The position numbers and the translations under genes were made by a program. From the NCBI GenBank assembly GCA_051362555.1, contig CM120644.1:1310954-1374953 (forward strand): 64,000 bases of DNA, given 5' to 3'. This document shows positions 12,737-26,333 of this stretch, piece by piece (the stretch's first letter is position 1; the number at the start of each line of letters is the position of its first letter). A model generated the notes under the pieces. It ran no database searches, was not told the DNA's origin, and saw only the letters and a program-made list of their open reading frames with translations. The DNA is from Lingula anatina. Lineage: Eukaryota; Animalia; Brachiopoda.

Positions 12737-13347
12737 GGGACGTAAAAAAACGTTCATATTGTCAGGAATGTTTTCTTTTTTAATGCAGTGTATTATGCAA
12801 TCCTCATTCCAAGCATATGAGATAAAGATAAAACCAAACAAACAAAAGGGACATTTTTTTATAGCCGATAGTTTATTCCCATATGTGTGATAGATAGGCT
12901 GGTATGCGATTAAGATTCATTCACCTCTACTAGTTTATTAAAGCATTGCCTATGTGAAAATGGAACAAAGCCGCATTTCATAATGAAGTATCGAAAAACA
13001 CACAAAAACACGCACTGATGTGTGTGTGTTTGTGTGTTTGGGAGAGAGAGAGAGAGGGAGAGAGAGGGAGGGAGGGGAGAGAGAGGATTGACTTGCATGT
13101 GTTATAACAATTCCATCATCACAAAAAAAATAGGTGGAAAAACGTTTCTATCTTCATTTGTATAAAATGTATTAACAGTTATTCTTAATTAGCAGAGTCT
13201 TTAATGCATTCTATGCTTTTTTTGACTGAGGCGTTATTTAACGACTCTCCCCTCCTTCAAGATATGTCCAGCGCTCCGGCTGACTAGACGTGCATTGGGC
13301 GTCCGCCAGTAGTCATTCTGTTATGAATTGAATCAGAATACTTCAAT

Positions 13348-13424
<77 letters not shown>

Positions 13425-14837
13425 AGATAAAACATGCCGTCCAAATCACTGACCAAAATATAATTTTTCAACAGATGGGTGTGATTTCTGAAATCCTCAT
13501 ACATGATTTAAAATGCAAAGAGACCTCCAAAATTCCCACTTATGTCACCGCTGCATACCTTTGTTGTCCCTCTTCGAATTCTAATGAAATTTGAGAAGGA
13601 AACAAAATGTGCCCAAACGCTGCATCACTTCATTGTTACAAGAAAAGGAGATTTCCAATAACATACTGTCAAGGAGAAGCAGTTGAGTGGTAATTTTCCA
13701 GGTCTCAGAAAAGATACTATTTCATCTTAGCAAACTTATTTCCTTTTTTCTTTTTTTTTCAAAAGCAACTGGTAGTAACGAACCAATGCTAATGAACTTG
13801 ATGAATGCTGCTAAATAAACAATACCCAATGAAAATAACGTAAAAAGAATAACTTGTCTGTCTTCTTATCACAAAGGTTGCAAGTCATTCAGGTCAGAGC
13901 ACAACCATTTTTACGAGTGTTTCATTAGATAAAAGTGCTTGGGGTAAACTGAAAAGACTTTTTTTATTGCAGCACTACAATTTATGACAGACGATAGGCT
14001 TAAACGGGTTGGCATCAATTATGCAATTGTGAGCTTCATGGCGGTACGTGAATTGGATGGAAATGGCACAAATGCAGTTAAACCGGCCGCCTCCGAAATC
14101 TCTCTCTCTCTCTCTCTCTCTCTCTTTCACACAGGGACGTAAAAACGCTCATATTGTCAGGAAAGGAATGAATTTTTAAAATGCAGTGTATTATGCAATC
14201 CTCATTTCAAGCATATAAGATAAAAATAAAACCAAACAAACAAAAGGGCTATTTTCTTCTTAACCGTATACTTAAGAAAGCTCGATACATGCAAACTTTA
14301 ATTCATTCATGATAGTTTATTCCCATATGTGTAAAAGATTGGGCTAGTATGCGATTTAGCATTCATCTCTACTAGTTTATTAAAGCATCGCCTATGTGGA
14401 AATGGAACATAGCCGCATTTATTTGATAATGAACTCTCGCAAAACACACAAAAACACGCGCTGAGAGAGTGTGTGTGTTTGGGAGTGAGTGAGAGAGAGA
14501 GAGAGGGAGGGAGGGAGGGGAGAGAGAGGGGATTGACTTGAACTCACACACTGAGAGAGTGTATGTGTGTGTGTGCGTGCTGGTCTGCTATGTGTGTGTG
14601 ATTGAGAGGGAGGGATTAGAGAGAGAGGATTGACTTACATGCATTAGCTGATTCAATGCGTCCTTTGCTTTACTTTGGCTTAGGCGTTATTTAACGATAC
14701 ACCCCTCCATCAAGATAGCTCCAGTGCTCTCACGTTATAAAATAGCTGCCTTGGTTAAGTTTTGACAGACTACGTCGTCCGTCAAGATCCGAGTCCTTCT
14801 CCTAAAGTCCGCAGACTACATCTCTTTTCAGGCCAAG

Positions 14838-17378
14838 ATGATGAAGTTGGTTCTATTCGCTGCTCTCCTAACCGTGGCCGCCGCCATGTAAAGGGAAAGT
14901 GTTGGTCAAAGGTGAGAGAGAGAGAGAGAGAGAGAGATTAGTGAAGGATCCATACATGTTGTGGATTCTAGCTGCAACAGACAGTTCATCTTATGGTGCA
15001 TTTAGAGTTAGTAAACAATCTGGAAGACCATGCATTTTTATTTTATTGTTCTGGGAATTATCTTTGTCTGGGTCGAAGGTTCGATTTTTCTCATGATTTT
15101 TTAAATACTATAGAACTTGGATAACATATGACTTGGCGTAGATAATGCTTTCAAAAAGCATTTTGCCGCTTTTGACTTTACAGGTATTGTACTTAGTTTG
15201 TAAACGGGTTTAGTAGGGGAGCCAAGGCTAAAAAAATGTCGAAAAAATTTTTATGATATAAAATTTTCGAATATATGGTCGATAGCCTGATATCTGAGGT
15301 TTATGACTCTGCTTATTGGACAAATGGGCTCAATTGCGAAAGAACCCAAAAACCCAAGATGGCCGCCATCCCTTATGAATATGCAATAAACGCATAAATT
15401 GTGAAAAATGCTTGATATTTTCAATTTGTTTCAGGGTAGATGTTTTTTATTGTCCATACATTGTGGAAATATGTACTGTCTGATGATCTGTAGCAGGAAT
15501 TGATCAATTGGATTCAAAATGGCGCTCTATTCAAGATGGCGGCCAATATTTCAACATTTTTTGCAATTAAATCATCTTTTCATTGATGTAGAATTTATTT
15601 CAAACATGATATGAGCAAACATTTATCAAATAAAGATTCCCTCTGCTATTACCTGCATTTGTACAATCTATGTATAGTATAGAGGCTTTGTGATTGCAAA
15701 AAAATCCTATATGGCCGCCACACACGCCTTACCATTATGAGTAAAGGGTACCGTCTGTCTTTTATAGAAAAGTTCAAATATCTACTTTAATGAAGCGAAT
15801 GCTATTTCTGTTTTACAACTTTTGGGTAAAGAGGAATAGTTTCAATATTTTAAAGGCAAATTCAAAAAGCTACCTCAATCCAAGATGGCGGCCAAATTTT
15901 CACAAGTTTTAACAATGAAGTCATGTTTTCTGTAATCTAAAATGACTTTCAATCAATTTACTATCTGAATACAGAATTTAAGTTTGATGATTAGAGAAAA
16001 ATCCAATATGGCTGCCACACACCCCTTACCAACATGAGACAAAGGCAAAACATGTATCATATCAAAAGTTGGTATATCTGATTTAATAAAGTACATTATA
16101 CTTTCATTTTATAATATTTGGGTAAAGTACACTTGTTTTAATTTTTATAAAGGTTAATTACAGACTGCCTATTAATCCAATATGGCCACTCTTTCCAAGA
16201 TGGTAGCCAAAATTTTACCAATATTGCAATTTAATCCTTTTTTCTTTAAGTCAGAATTTCTTTCAATCTTTTAGAAGCAAAATTCCATAAAATATAGATG
16301 CTCTACCCTAATAACTGCATTTTTACTATGTATATACAAAATGAAGGCTTAATGCTTATAGAAACACACAATATGGCCACCATAAATCCCTTATACCATT
16401 ACCCTCATTTGGATTTTTCTCTTCATCAAAAAGCCTCCATTGTGCATGCAGACAACAGAAATGTGTGAAATATTATAGAAAAGCTATATGTGATGACAGT
16501 TTGCTTATATCATGGTTATAAGAAATTCTAGATTTAAGAAAACATGACTTAATTGCAAAAATTAGTGAAATATTGTCCTCCATCTTGGATGAAGCGGCCA
16601 TTTTGAATCCAGTTGACAAATTATTGCTACAGATCACCAGGAGGTATATAATTCCACAATATATACACAATAAAAGTATTCTACACTTCAGCAAAGAAAT
16701 AATATTAATCACTTTTTATAACTGATGCTAATTCTGTGCATTCACCATGGATGGCGGCCATCTTGGATTTTGGGGCACTTTCGCAATTGAGCTCATTTTT
16801 CTAATAAGCAGTTTCATAAACCCCAGGTATTAGACTCTTCAATGATATGTTTGGAATTTTTATGTCATTAAATTTCTTTTACTACCCTCTTTTGAAGACT
16901 TTTGGAGTTTGGCTCACCTACTAGTTGTTCTCCACTCTGCTCTCTTCTGCTTATCTTCCCAAAAATATACGTGTCCAGTCGTAATGACCCTGAGGCTTAT
17001 ACAACAAAATCAAAATATTAGAACTGAGACAAAACCTGGGACAAATCCTTTTGATTCTTTTTTATATTGAAAACGTAAGGGTCCTGTTTTTATAAGACCT
17101 CTTTAAGCAAGATCAAAAGCAGCAGAAATAATTTGAAAATTAGGAATTGAAAAGTATTTTTGTATGAAAATTAAAAACCGTCTGTTTTATTTTCATTAAG
17201 GACCTACATGTATGGCTATCAACCAGACAGATATGGATATGGTTATAAACCAGACGACTATGGCACCAACAGCGAATATCGCAGCTACGGCTACAACAGC
17301 TATGCAGGGGTGGGGTACGACTACAGCAGAAGGAACAAATACACTGGATACGTACCAAGGCCTTATAACCCAACGTGA
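14838..17378 (+). pseudogene. Subfamily B pseudogene; exons 14838-14911 and 17201-17378, premature stop, transposon in intron
   Basis: TATAAAA 14736. Exon 1 reads MMKLVLFAALLTVAAAM* (TAA 14889-14891). Exon 2 is still open: TYMYGYQPDRYGYGYKPDDYGTNSEYRSYGYNSYAGVGYDYSRRNKYTGYVPRPYNPT*. Confidence 0.88.
15211..16923. mobile_element. Non-autonomous TIR DNA transposon with TAG...CTA ends and 3-bp TSD (Academ-like by inference)
   Basis: Ends TAGTAGGGGAGCCAA / TTGGCTCACCTACTA with long imperfect subterminal inverted repeats. GTT is duplicated (15208-15210, 16924-16926). Empty site aaacgggttgttctc at ~6506-6520. Confidence 0.85.
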
Positions 17379-17883
17379 GTTTAATGTTGACATTTTGATT
17401 TTGTTATATTTTTTACTGTATCTTATTTTTCCTAGTACATGTATAATCTGGTTTCTCCAACTTGATTTTCGCAACAACCGGTATATAGCGAGTAAAAAGT
17501 ATAACGATTATTTATGACATTCAGTTCTACGAATTTTAAAGAAATTTTGATAGGGAAAGAAAATGTGCTTAAACGACGCCTTACTTCAACTAAAATGCTG
17601 TTAGAGAAGAATACAATACCCAATGAAAATAACGAAAAGATATCTCTTGTCTGTCTTTTTGTCACAAAGTTGGCAAGTCACTTAAGTCAGGGCACGACAA
17701 TAGATAAAATGTGATTGGAGTAAGATGGTACTACTTTGTTTATTGGAGGTACTATGGACGATAACAGACGTAACTGGGTTGGCGTCAATTATATGACATT
17801 GTGCTTGTTAGCTTCCAGGTGGTACGTGAATAGGATGGAAGAGGGTAGTAAAACTGTAGCTGCATTGAACGCCTCCAAAATCT

Positions 17884-17926
<43 letters not shown>

Positions 17927-18695
17927 GCACACACACACACACACACACATGGACGTAAAAACGCTCATTATTTTCAGCAAGAAAATAGCCTTATGTGTTC
18001 TTCAAACAAAAGGGACACTTTCTCCGTAGCCAATACGATGCCTTATGTGTTCTTCAAACAAAAGGGACACTTTCTCCGTAGCCATATACTGGACATACAG
18101 TATATTCATATATCATTATATTATAACATATATGTGGAAAACAATTAGGCTCGTAGGTGCTTTTAGGACACTCTGCTCTACTCAGTCTGCTGGTGACCAG
18201 TTAATTAAAGGATTCCTCTACGGAGAAGGACGATAGCCGCTTTCATTAGATTATGAACCCTCTCAAAACACAGAGAGATATATAGAGAGAGAGGGAAATA
18301 AAGGGGACTGACTTGCATTACAAAATTTCCATTATTTCTCTAATGAATAGAATTTCAATGATTTTAGTCCCTGTAAAAATATGCATGTTATGCTAATTTA
18401 ACGTCGCCTGTTGTCTCAGTAAGGGAAAAGGTGATGATCTTGTCTGCATATAATGTCACTGTGACTCATTAGAAAATCTCCTACGTATAACGAAGCTTCG
18501 TGTTAACATTACGCGTGCGGGCAGTACAGCAAATATAAATGTTATTTTTATTGCCAATGTTCTTATAATCATACGTACCACTTGGTAAGGCATTGATTTA
18601 TAGCTTTATAACAAGCTAGCTAAAGTTTGTTAATACTAAGACAACGACGAAGTAGTGCACCTGCTGTTAAGCCTGGGCTAACATATATGGAATCC

Positions 18696-18726
<31 letters not shown>

Positions 18727-19334
18727 TCATTTAGTAAAATTGAAAGTAATACACGATACCAAAATTATTAAAAGCAGGGCATCGTTATGAGTAAAAATAT
18801 TAAAAAAATATTTGAAGGATAATTTCATCACGCCCAGTCCTGCAGCTAGACACTACTATTAACGTACACAAGACCCCATTAAGACGGTATACAAGAATAA
18901 ATTAATTGAAAACAAAATTATTGAAAAAGATGAAGAATAATCGGATAATGGCAAGTTAATTTAACATTCATTTTATGTTAATGAGCAACAGTATGTTTGT
19001 GTGAGAGAGAGAGAGAGAGTGAGAGAGAGGGATTCGGAAGGCACGCGCACTAACAATATTTGTCAGATTCACGGACCAGTATGCCTTGTGGCTTATAAGT
19101 GCGTTATGGCCGCGACCTTCACATCCATTATTTAGCAGTGAAATGTAATTTACTGGTCTTTTCTACATTCTAAAGACACTTCTAATAAAACCAAACACAG
19201 GTAAAATGCAAGATCATAACATGTTGTTACTACCGTGAGGCTCAAATTATTATTTTTTAAAAAATATGTTTCATCTTTACTGAATTTGATAAGCACAAGC
19301 ATTAACAAATCAAGGGAATTATTTTGGCCAATCT

Positions 19335-19510
19335 GACGATACTTGGTAATTGAAACCAAAGTGATAATAGATTTCATGTGTGTCCTATTTAGCCACCTCT
19401 ACCTTTACAAATATTTTAAGGCAAAATATTCGGTTCCAAAATGTAATAATCATGCATTCGTTTTGTGTTTTGGGTCGTTATAAAATAGCTACCTTGGTTT
19501 AGTGTTGAAA
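19335..19510 (+). promoter_or_regulatory. Orphan subfamily B promoter copy (TATAAAA 19479-19485)
   Basis: Near-identical to 8100-8280. Confidence 0.7.
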
Positions 19511-19689
19511 GGCTTATGTGCATTGCAAATATTTTTGTTACAAAGATTGGCGTACTTTTAACAATGTTACTGTCTCGATTGTGCAATTTAAACTAATCGA
19601 ATCCTTGGGTTCAATTTGTATCGCAACGATAACAGAAATAAAAAATACAACATCATGGGGCACCAAACACTACCGTGTCGTTTTGAAAC

Positions 19690-20119
19690 CATTGCTTCTG
19701 AGTACACCAGTCACAATCTATTACCAAATATTACCCACATTGCTTCCGAGCACACCAGTCACAATCTATTACCAAATACTACCCACATTGCTTTCGAGCA
19801 CACCAGTCACAATCTATTACCAAATACTACCCACATTGCTTTCGAGCACACCAGTCACAATCTATTACCAAATACTACCCACATTGCTTTCGAGCACACC
19901 AGTCACAATCTATTACCAAATACTACCCACATTGCTTTCGAGCACACCAGTCACAATCTATTACCAAATATTACCCACATTGCTTTCGAGCACACCAGTC
20001 ACAATCTATTACCAAATATTACCCACATTGCTTCCGAGCACACCAGTCACAATCTATTACCAAATACTACCCACATTGCTTCCGAGCACACCAGCCACAA
20101 TCTATTACCAAATACTACC
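19690..20119. repeat. 48-bp minisatellite, ~9 units
   Basis: Same unit as 8459-8889. Confidence 0.95.
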
Positions 20120-21965
20120 ATGCGTGTTTATAAAGAGTATCAGGCATGCTCTTGTCACTTTCTTTGTATGACACTGATGATTATGTTATAGTAAACAATG
20201 TCAAAATACATAACTAGATAACCACTCAGAGAACTAACGCAGACCTACGCAAATGAAACGGCATAAAAGTATATTCTTTTTATTGTTATTTGGAGGAAAC
20301 TTCGGGTGTTTTATTGTGATTGGTAGGTTTTCAATACAACATGTAAAGTTTACTTTCTTCAGATAATCTTGTAAGAAAGTATATATAGTCAATTGCAAAG
20401 GCATACACTGTGTCGTCCTTGTCGTAGGTCATAATGATCCGTGATATTGGTGCCATTATTAATTAAGCGTCAGTTTGAATAATGCTTTGTCTTCTAAGAA
20501 ATACATTTAGTCGTGGTGTCTTCTGGTAATTAAATAATTAATTCATACATGATCTCTTAACGTGCTTGTACTATCGTTAAAATATAACTTTCTTTTAACT
20601 TTTACAAGCACTCAGAATAAAATCAGTTAAGGTGATTTTTTAATAAAAACACATTCGAGTGTCTCTGTATTTCACCAGGCCATGGCAAAACTTAGAAGCT
20701 TGATATTTCAGTTAAGAAAAATAAGCCTATTCTGTTTTACATACATTTGTATGTAAATATACAAGGCCTTCAGTGGGTCTCTTTGATGCCAAAACAATTA
20801 TTTATAGAGTCCTTATTTCAAAAACTCTGGCATTTACAATGTGTACTTCAAAGAGGGAGGTTCTGTTTCTGATGAGGAACGTTGCCACGAGAAAAGGGCC
20901 CACGCTGACATGGCATGTGTTGGCATATTTTAAATTAATAGTACACAACAGTTCTGTTGACGAAAGTGGTTGCCTAAAGTGGTTGTCAAACCTTATAAAA
21001 CCCCTGTTTTTTGTCATTGGCATCAACATGTCTTTAAAACACGACTGAACCATGTTGCAGATACATGTTTAATCGCGAGATATGCAAAAGAAACAACAGA
21101 CACGATGATGACACATTTCTGTGGATTTCGATGATGAGCTTATAAATATGATCCCTGTATATGTGACCTTTTAAATAAAGATTCTCTTTTAAAAAAACGC
21201 TTATAATTCCCATGGACATTTACAATTTATATTGGTTAAAAAAGATTAAAAACAAAATGACATCTTCATCACATATTTTATTGCATAAGCGTTGAAAAAG
21301 TTCATACATGTAATACAGAACATGTTTCCAAATTGCACCGGTCTATTTATGGGCAAAAGCAGTAAAGATATTTAGAATGATATGAGCAAGGATCTGTTTG
21401 GTATGGGTCACGTGGTTGATGTCGTCATATCCGGCTGTGCACACTGCAGAATAAAGGTTATGCGCAGCATCAGTTTCTGTAATATAAAAAAATGATTGAT
21501 AATGTCATTTAGACACGGTACGGGTCACGGTTGCTATTAAAAACGGACCAATGCATGACTTAATGAATAGACAATTGTCTAAAGTCTCTTCCTTCAGATC
21601 AATACAGTTCAATGCTTTTAACCCTTTGTTGTACTTATTGGCGGAGACTATCAAGACTGAAAAAGGAGGCTGTGTCGACACCTGTCAACTTGGAGCTTTT
21701 ACAAGATTGGTGGACACATTTGGACCTTGACTAGAGCACAATTCAGATAAATGATACAGAATAGGTCGGTTCGGTTTTAACAATTGAACGACCAAGTTAT
21801 GTCATATTTACAGATTGTTAATTAAAACTTGTTTATCATCCATTTTTATTTTCTGACTAGTTTTAACTAGCCATTAGGAAACATGTAGTAAGCTGAAGTT
21901 TACATGTATTAAGCTGAATTATACAATCGCGAACAAACTGTAAAATAAGATAGTAAAACGAAATC

Positions 21966-22705
21966 TTACCACAAAAATCCCCATGGGGTAATTGATCCCT
22001 TCTTTTTTCCGTATTGAGGTTTTCCGTATCCAGCACCTTTGTATCCATAGCCTCCATATCCGTACCCTTGGTCATAATTCATGTAGCTGCTGTAGCCATT
22101 TCCATATCCGTCGGGTTGATATCCATAGTGAGTCCTTTTACAAAATAAAAAGCCAAATAACTTTTCAATTTCATTGGGATAAAATTATCAATACGAAAGA
22201 AGAAAACGTCGCCTTTTAAACAGTCTTCAGTGGAACTCCGCTTATTAGACATGCAGTAAAGGCTGAGCGTATCATTTTCTCTATAAGATGATCATTTCTT
22301 CGCTTGTTTTGTCTCGATTCTCGAGCGCTGAACAAAATGAAACCACAACAGTAACTTGGTTCTAAACAAAGGTTAGCTAGGGAATTTCTACAGCTACATA
22401 TTAAAAGAAAACAGACTGTCCGGATCAACCCCTTTTTTAATTCCAATTGCACTGCTAGATGAATTGAATGTTAATAAGATTAAATCACGAAACAAACAAT
22501 GATACTGTAGTAAACCTCTTTCTCTCTCTCACTCTCTCTCTCACACACACACACACATACACACACACATACACACACATACACGCATACACACATACAC
22601 ATACTAACACACACACACATACACGCATACACACACTAACACCCACACACCCACACACACATACACGTATACACACACACTAACACACACACACGCACAC
22701 ACAAC

Positions 22706-22743
<38 letters not shown>

Positions 22744-22815
22744 TTTACTCCCAGAGTCCCAATAACTGGCGGCTGTCACGGCCACGAGAGCAGCGAGTAG
22801 AATCAGCTTCATCAT
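21966..22815 (-). CDS. Secreted Gly/Tyr-rich peptide A2, 80 aa; exons 22815-22742 and 22134-21966
   Basis: TATAAAAA 22921-22914; AATAAA 21850-21845. Product: MMKLILLAALVAVTAASYWDSGSKRTHYGYQPDGYGNGYSSYMNYDQGYGYGGYGYKGAGYGKPQYGKKKGSITPWGFLW*. Confidence 0.9.
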
Positions 22816-24381
22816 CTTGGCGGAAAAAGAACTGTCGTCGGTCTGCTAACTGTTGAAGTGTGACTTGGAGCTTGATTAAAGTCGAAGTCTGTCAAAACTG
22901 GACCAAGTCAATCTTTTTATACCGACCTGAAGCACAAAACGGTTTGGTACTTATTATATTTGCAAGCCAGTATTTTGCCTTAAGCTATTTGTGACAAATG
23001 TCTGGATCTTAATTGGATATAAGAGACATACGGAATAATCATGTTCGCAACCCGTAATCAAACTGCCGAATTTAATTATCCCTATTTTTAAGCAGTCAGT
23101 GCTTATTACAATGGAAAAAATCAAGAGAGAAATGAAGACTAAGATAGAAACATGCCAAAATTGCTCTTAGCAGTTATGCTTTACTCCTTTTTCGTTATTG
23201 TAAAATACGGCAATCAAAAATTTAATTTAAAAGTAATATTTTGTCGGTCTTTAAATTATGACAGAGTTGATAAAGAGTTGATAAAGTTGATAAATTAAAG
23301 TAATGATGTTTTAAACTCAGAACCATGTAACAAACCCGCGTATCCATGAATAATACCATTAATGGAAATCGAGAAAAACACCAATTTGTCTCCTCGTTAC
23401 AACGATGGCAAGACTATATTATTAATTCTGGTGAGAATTTACAACAGGTTAGGACACTATATTTTACAACCTTTTCATTAGATAATAATTCCCTGCCTCG
23501 GGTGGATTTAACAGAACTTTTATGTTACAGACGTACAGAACAGGGTTGGTTCCAATAAGATGTGCATGTCTGCTTTAAGGCATACTAGTACCTGAACTTG
23601 ATGGGTAAGTGTGGTGACTTCAATCAGTCTCTCTCTCTCTCTCTCTCTTTTTCTCTCTCTCACATACACATACAAACACACACACACACACTCACACTTA
23701 GATAAGACACCATCGGCAAGAAATATAATTTTTCAAGAGATCGGTAAACTTTCTGAAATCTTCATACAATATGTCTTAAAATGCAAAGAGACCTCCGAAA
23801 TCCCCACTTAAGTCACCGCTGCATACCTTAGTTGTCCTTCTACGAATTCTAAAGAAATTTGAGATGGAAACAAAATGTGTCCAGACGCCGCGTTACTTAA
23901 TTGTTACAAGAAAAGGAGACTTCCAATAACATACTGTCAAAGAAGAAGCAGTTGAGTGGTAATTTTCCATAGGTCTCAGAAAAGAGACTATTTTACTTTA
24001 TCAAACACATCTACATGTTTTTTTCATAAGCAACTGATAGTAACGAACCGGTGTATTCATTTCAAGAAGCTAATGAACTTGATGTATGCTGCTTAATTAA
24101 CAATACCCAATGAAAATTACGAAAAAAATAACTTGTCTGTCTTCTCATTACATAGGTTGCAAGTCATTCAGGTCAGAGAACAACACATTTTACGAGTTTT
24201 CCATTAGATAAAAAGTGCTTGGGGTAAACTGAAAAGACTTTGTTTATTGCAGCACTACAATTTATGGCAGACGATAGGCGTAACCGGGTTGGCATCAATT
24301 ATATGTAATTGTAAGCTTCAAGGCGGTACGTGAATTGGATGGAAAAGATTGGTACAAATGTAGTTCAAGCGGACGCCTCCG

Positions 24382-24439
<58 letters not shown>

Positions 24440-25696
24440 AACACGCACACACACACAGGGACGTATAAAAAAGTTCATATTGTCAGGAATGTTTTTTTAA
24501 TGCAGTGTATTATGCAATCCTCATTCCAAGCATATGAGATAAAAATAAAACCAAAAAACAAAAGGGACATTTTTATAGCCGATACTTTATTCCCATATGT
24601 GTGAAAGATGGGCTGGTATGCGATTTAGGTTCATTCACCTCTACTAGTTTATTAAATCATTGCCTATGTGGAAATGGAACATAGCCGCATTTATTTGATA
24701 ATGAAGTATCGAAAACACACAAAAACACGCACTGAGAGAGAGAGTGTGTGTGTTTGTGCGTTTGGGAGAGAGAGAGAGAGAGAGAGAGGGAGGTAGGGAG
24801 GGAGGGGAGAGAAAGAGGATTGACTTGCATGTGTTATAACAATTCCATCATCACAAAAATTAGGTGGAAAAACGTTTCTATCTTCAGTTGTATAAAATGC
24901 ATTAACAGTTATTCTTAATTAGCAGAGTCTTTAATGCATGCTGTGCTTTAATTTGACTTAGGCGTTATTTAACGACTCTCCCCTCCTTCAAGATAGGTCC
25001 AGCGCTCCCGCTGACTATACATGCATTCGGCGTTCGCCAGTAGTCATTCCTTTAAGAATTGAATCAGAATAATCACCTGAACTTGGTGGATAAGTGTGGT
25101 TACTTCAATCTGTCTCTCTCTCTCTCACACACACACACACTTAGATAAGACATGCCGTCCAAATCATTGACAAGAAATATAATTTTACAACATATGGGTG
25201 AGCTTTCTGAAATCCTCATACATGTCTTAAAATGTAAAGAGACCTCCAGAATCCCCACTTCTGTCACCGCTGCAAACCTTAATTGTCTTTTTCCAAATTC
25301 TAAAGAAATTTAGATAAGAGGAGAAAATGTGCCCAAACACCGCCCTACTTCATTGTTACAAGAAAAGGAGACTTCCAATAACATACTGTCAAAGAAGAAG
25401 CAGTTGTGTGGTAATTTTCAATAGGTCTCATGTTTTTTTTTCATTAGCAACGGATAGTCTTCTCATCACAAAGGTGGCAAGTCACTCAGGTCAGGACACT
25501 TTTACGAGTGTTCCATTAGATAAAAAGTGCTTGGGGTAAACTTAAAAGACGTTGTTTATTGCAGCACTACAATTTATGACAGATGATAGGCGTAACCGTG
25601 TTGGCATCAATTATATGTTATTTGAAGCTTCAAGGCGGTAAATGAATTGGATGGGAAATTGGTACAAATGTAGTTGAGCCGAACGCTTCCGAAATC

Positions 25697-25744
<48 letters not shown>

Positions 25745-26210
25745 TAGGAGGGGAAAAAACGCTCATATTGTCAGGAAGGAATTTTTTAATGCAGTTAATG
25801 CAGTGTATTATGCAATCCTCATTCCAAACATATAAGATGTAAATAAACCAAACAAAACAATGGGACATTTTCTTCATAGCCACATACTAAAGTAAGCTCG
25901 ATACATGCAAACTTTAATTCATTCATGATAGTTTATTCCCATGTGTGTAAAATATTGGGCTGGTACAAATGTATGCGATTTAGATACGTTCACCTCTACT
26001 AGTTTATTAAAGCATTGCCTATGTGGAGATGGAACATAGCTGCATTTATTTGATAATGAACTCTCGCAAAACACGCAAAAACACACACTGAGAGAGTGTC
26101 TATCTTCAGGTGTATACATTGTATTAACATTTATTTTTAATTAGCAGATTCAAGGCGTTCCATGCTTTACTCTGACTGAGGAGTTATTTAACAACACCCT
26201 CTCCTTCAAC

Positions 26211-26333
26211 ATAGTTCCAGCGCTCCCACTGACTACACGTGCATTGGGCGTCCGCCAGTAGTCATTCTTTCATGAATTGAATCAGAATTATCACTGGCCA
26301 ATGCACGTGTGGTCAATGGGAGCGCTGGACTAT
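26211..26333. repeat. Imperfect fold-back palindrome at an inversion junction
   Basis: atagttccagcgctcccactgactacacgtgcattgg (26211-26247) faces ccaatgcacgtgtggtcaatgggagcgctggactat (26298-26333). Sequence to the right is the reverse complement of the spacer repeat. Confidence 0.85.

Noticed and set aside
12508-12890. ORFs rich in CVCV, ERER, LSLS or HTHT (here and throughout)
   Set aside because: Translations of dinucleotide microsatellites.
17208-17378. Rescue of the B pseudogene by reinitiation at the ATG in exon 2
   Set aside because: The product would lack a signal peptide, and the sister copy at 52629 is frameshifted, which argues against constraint.
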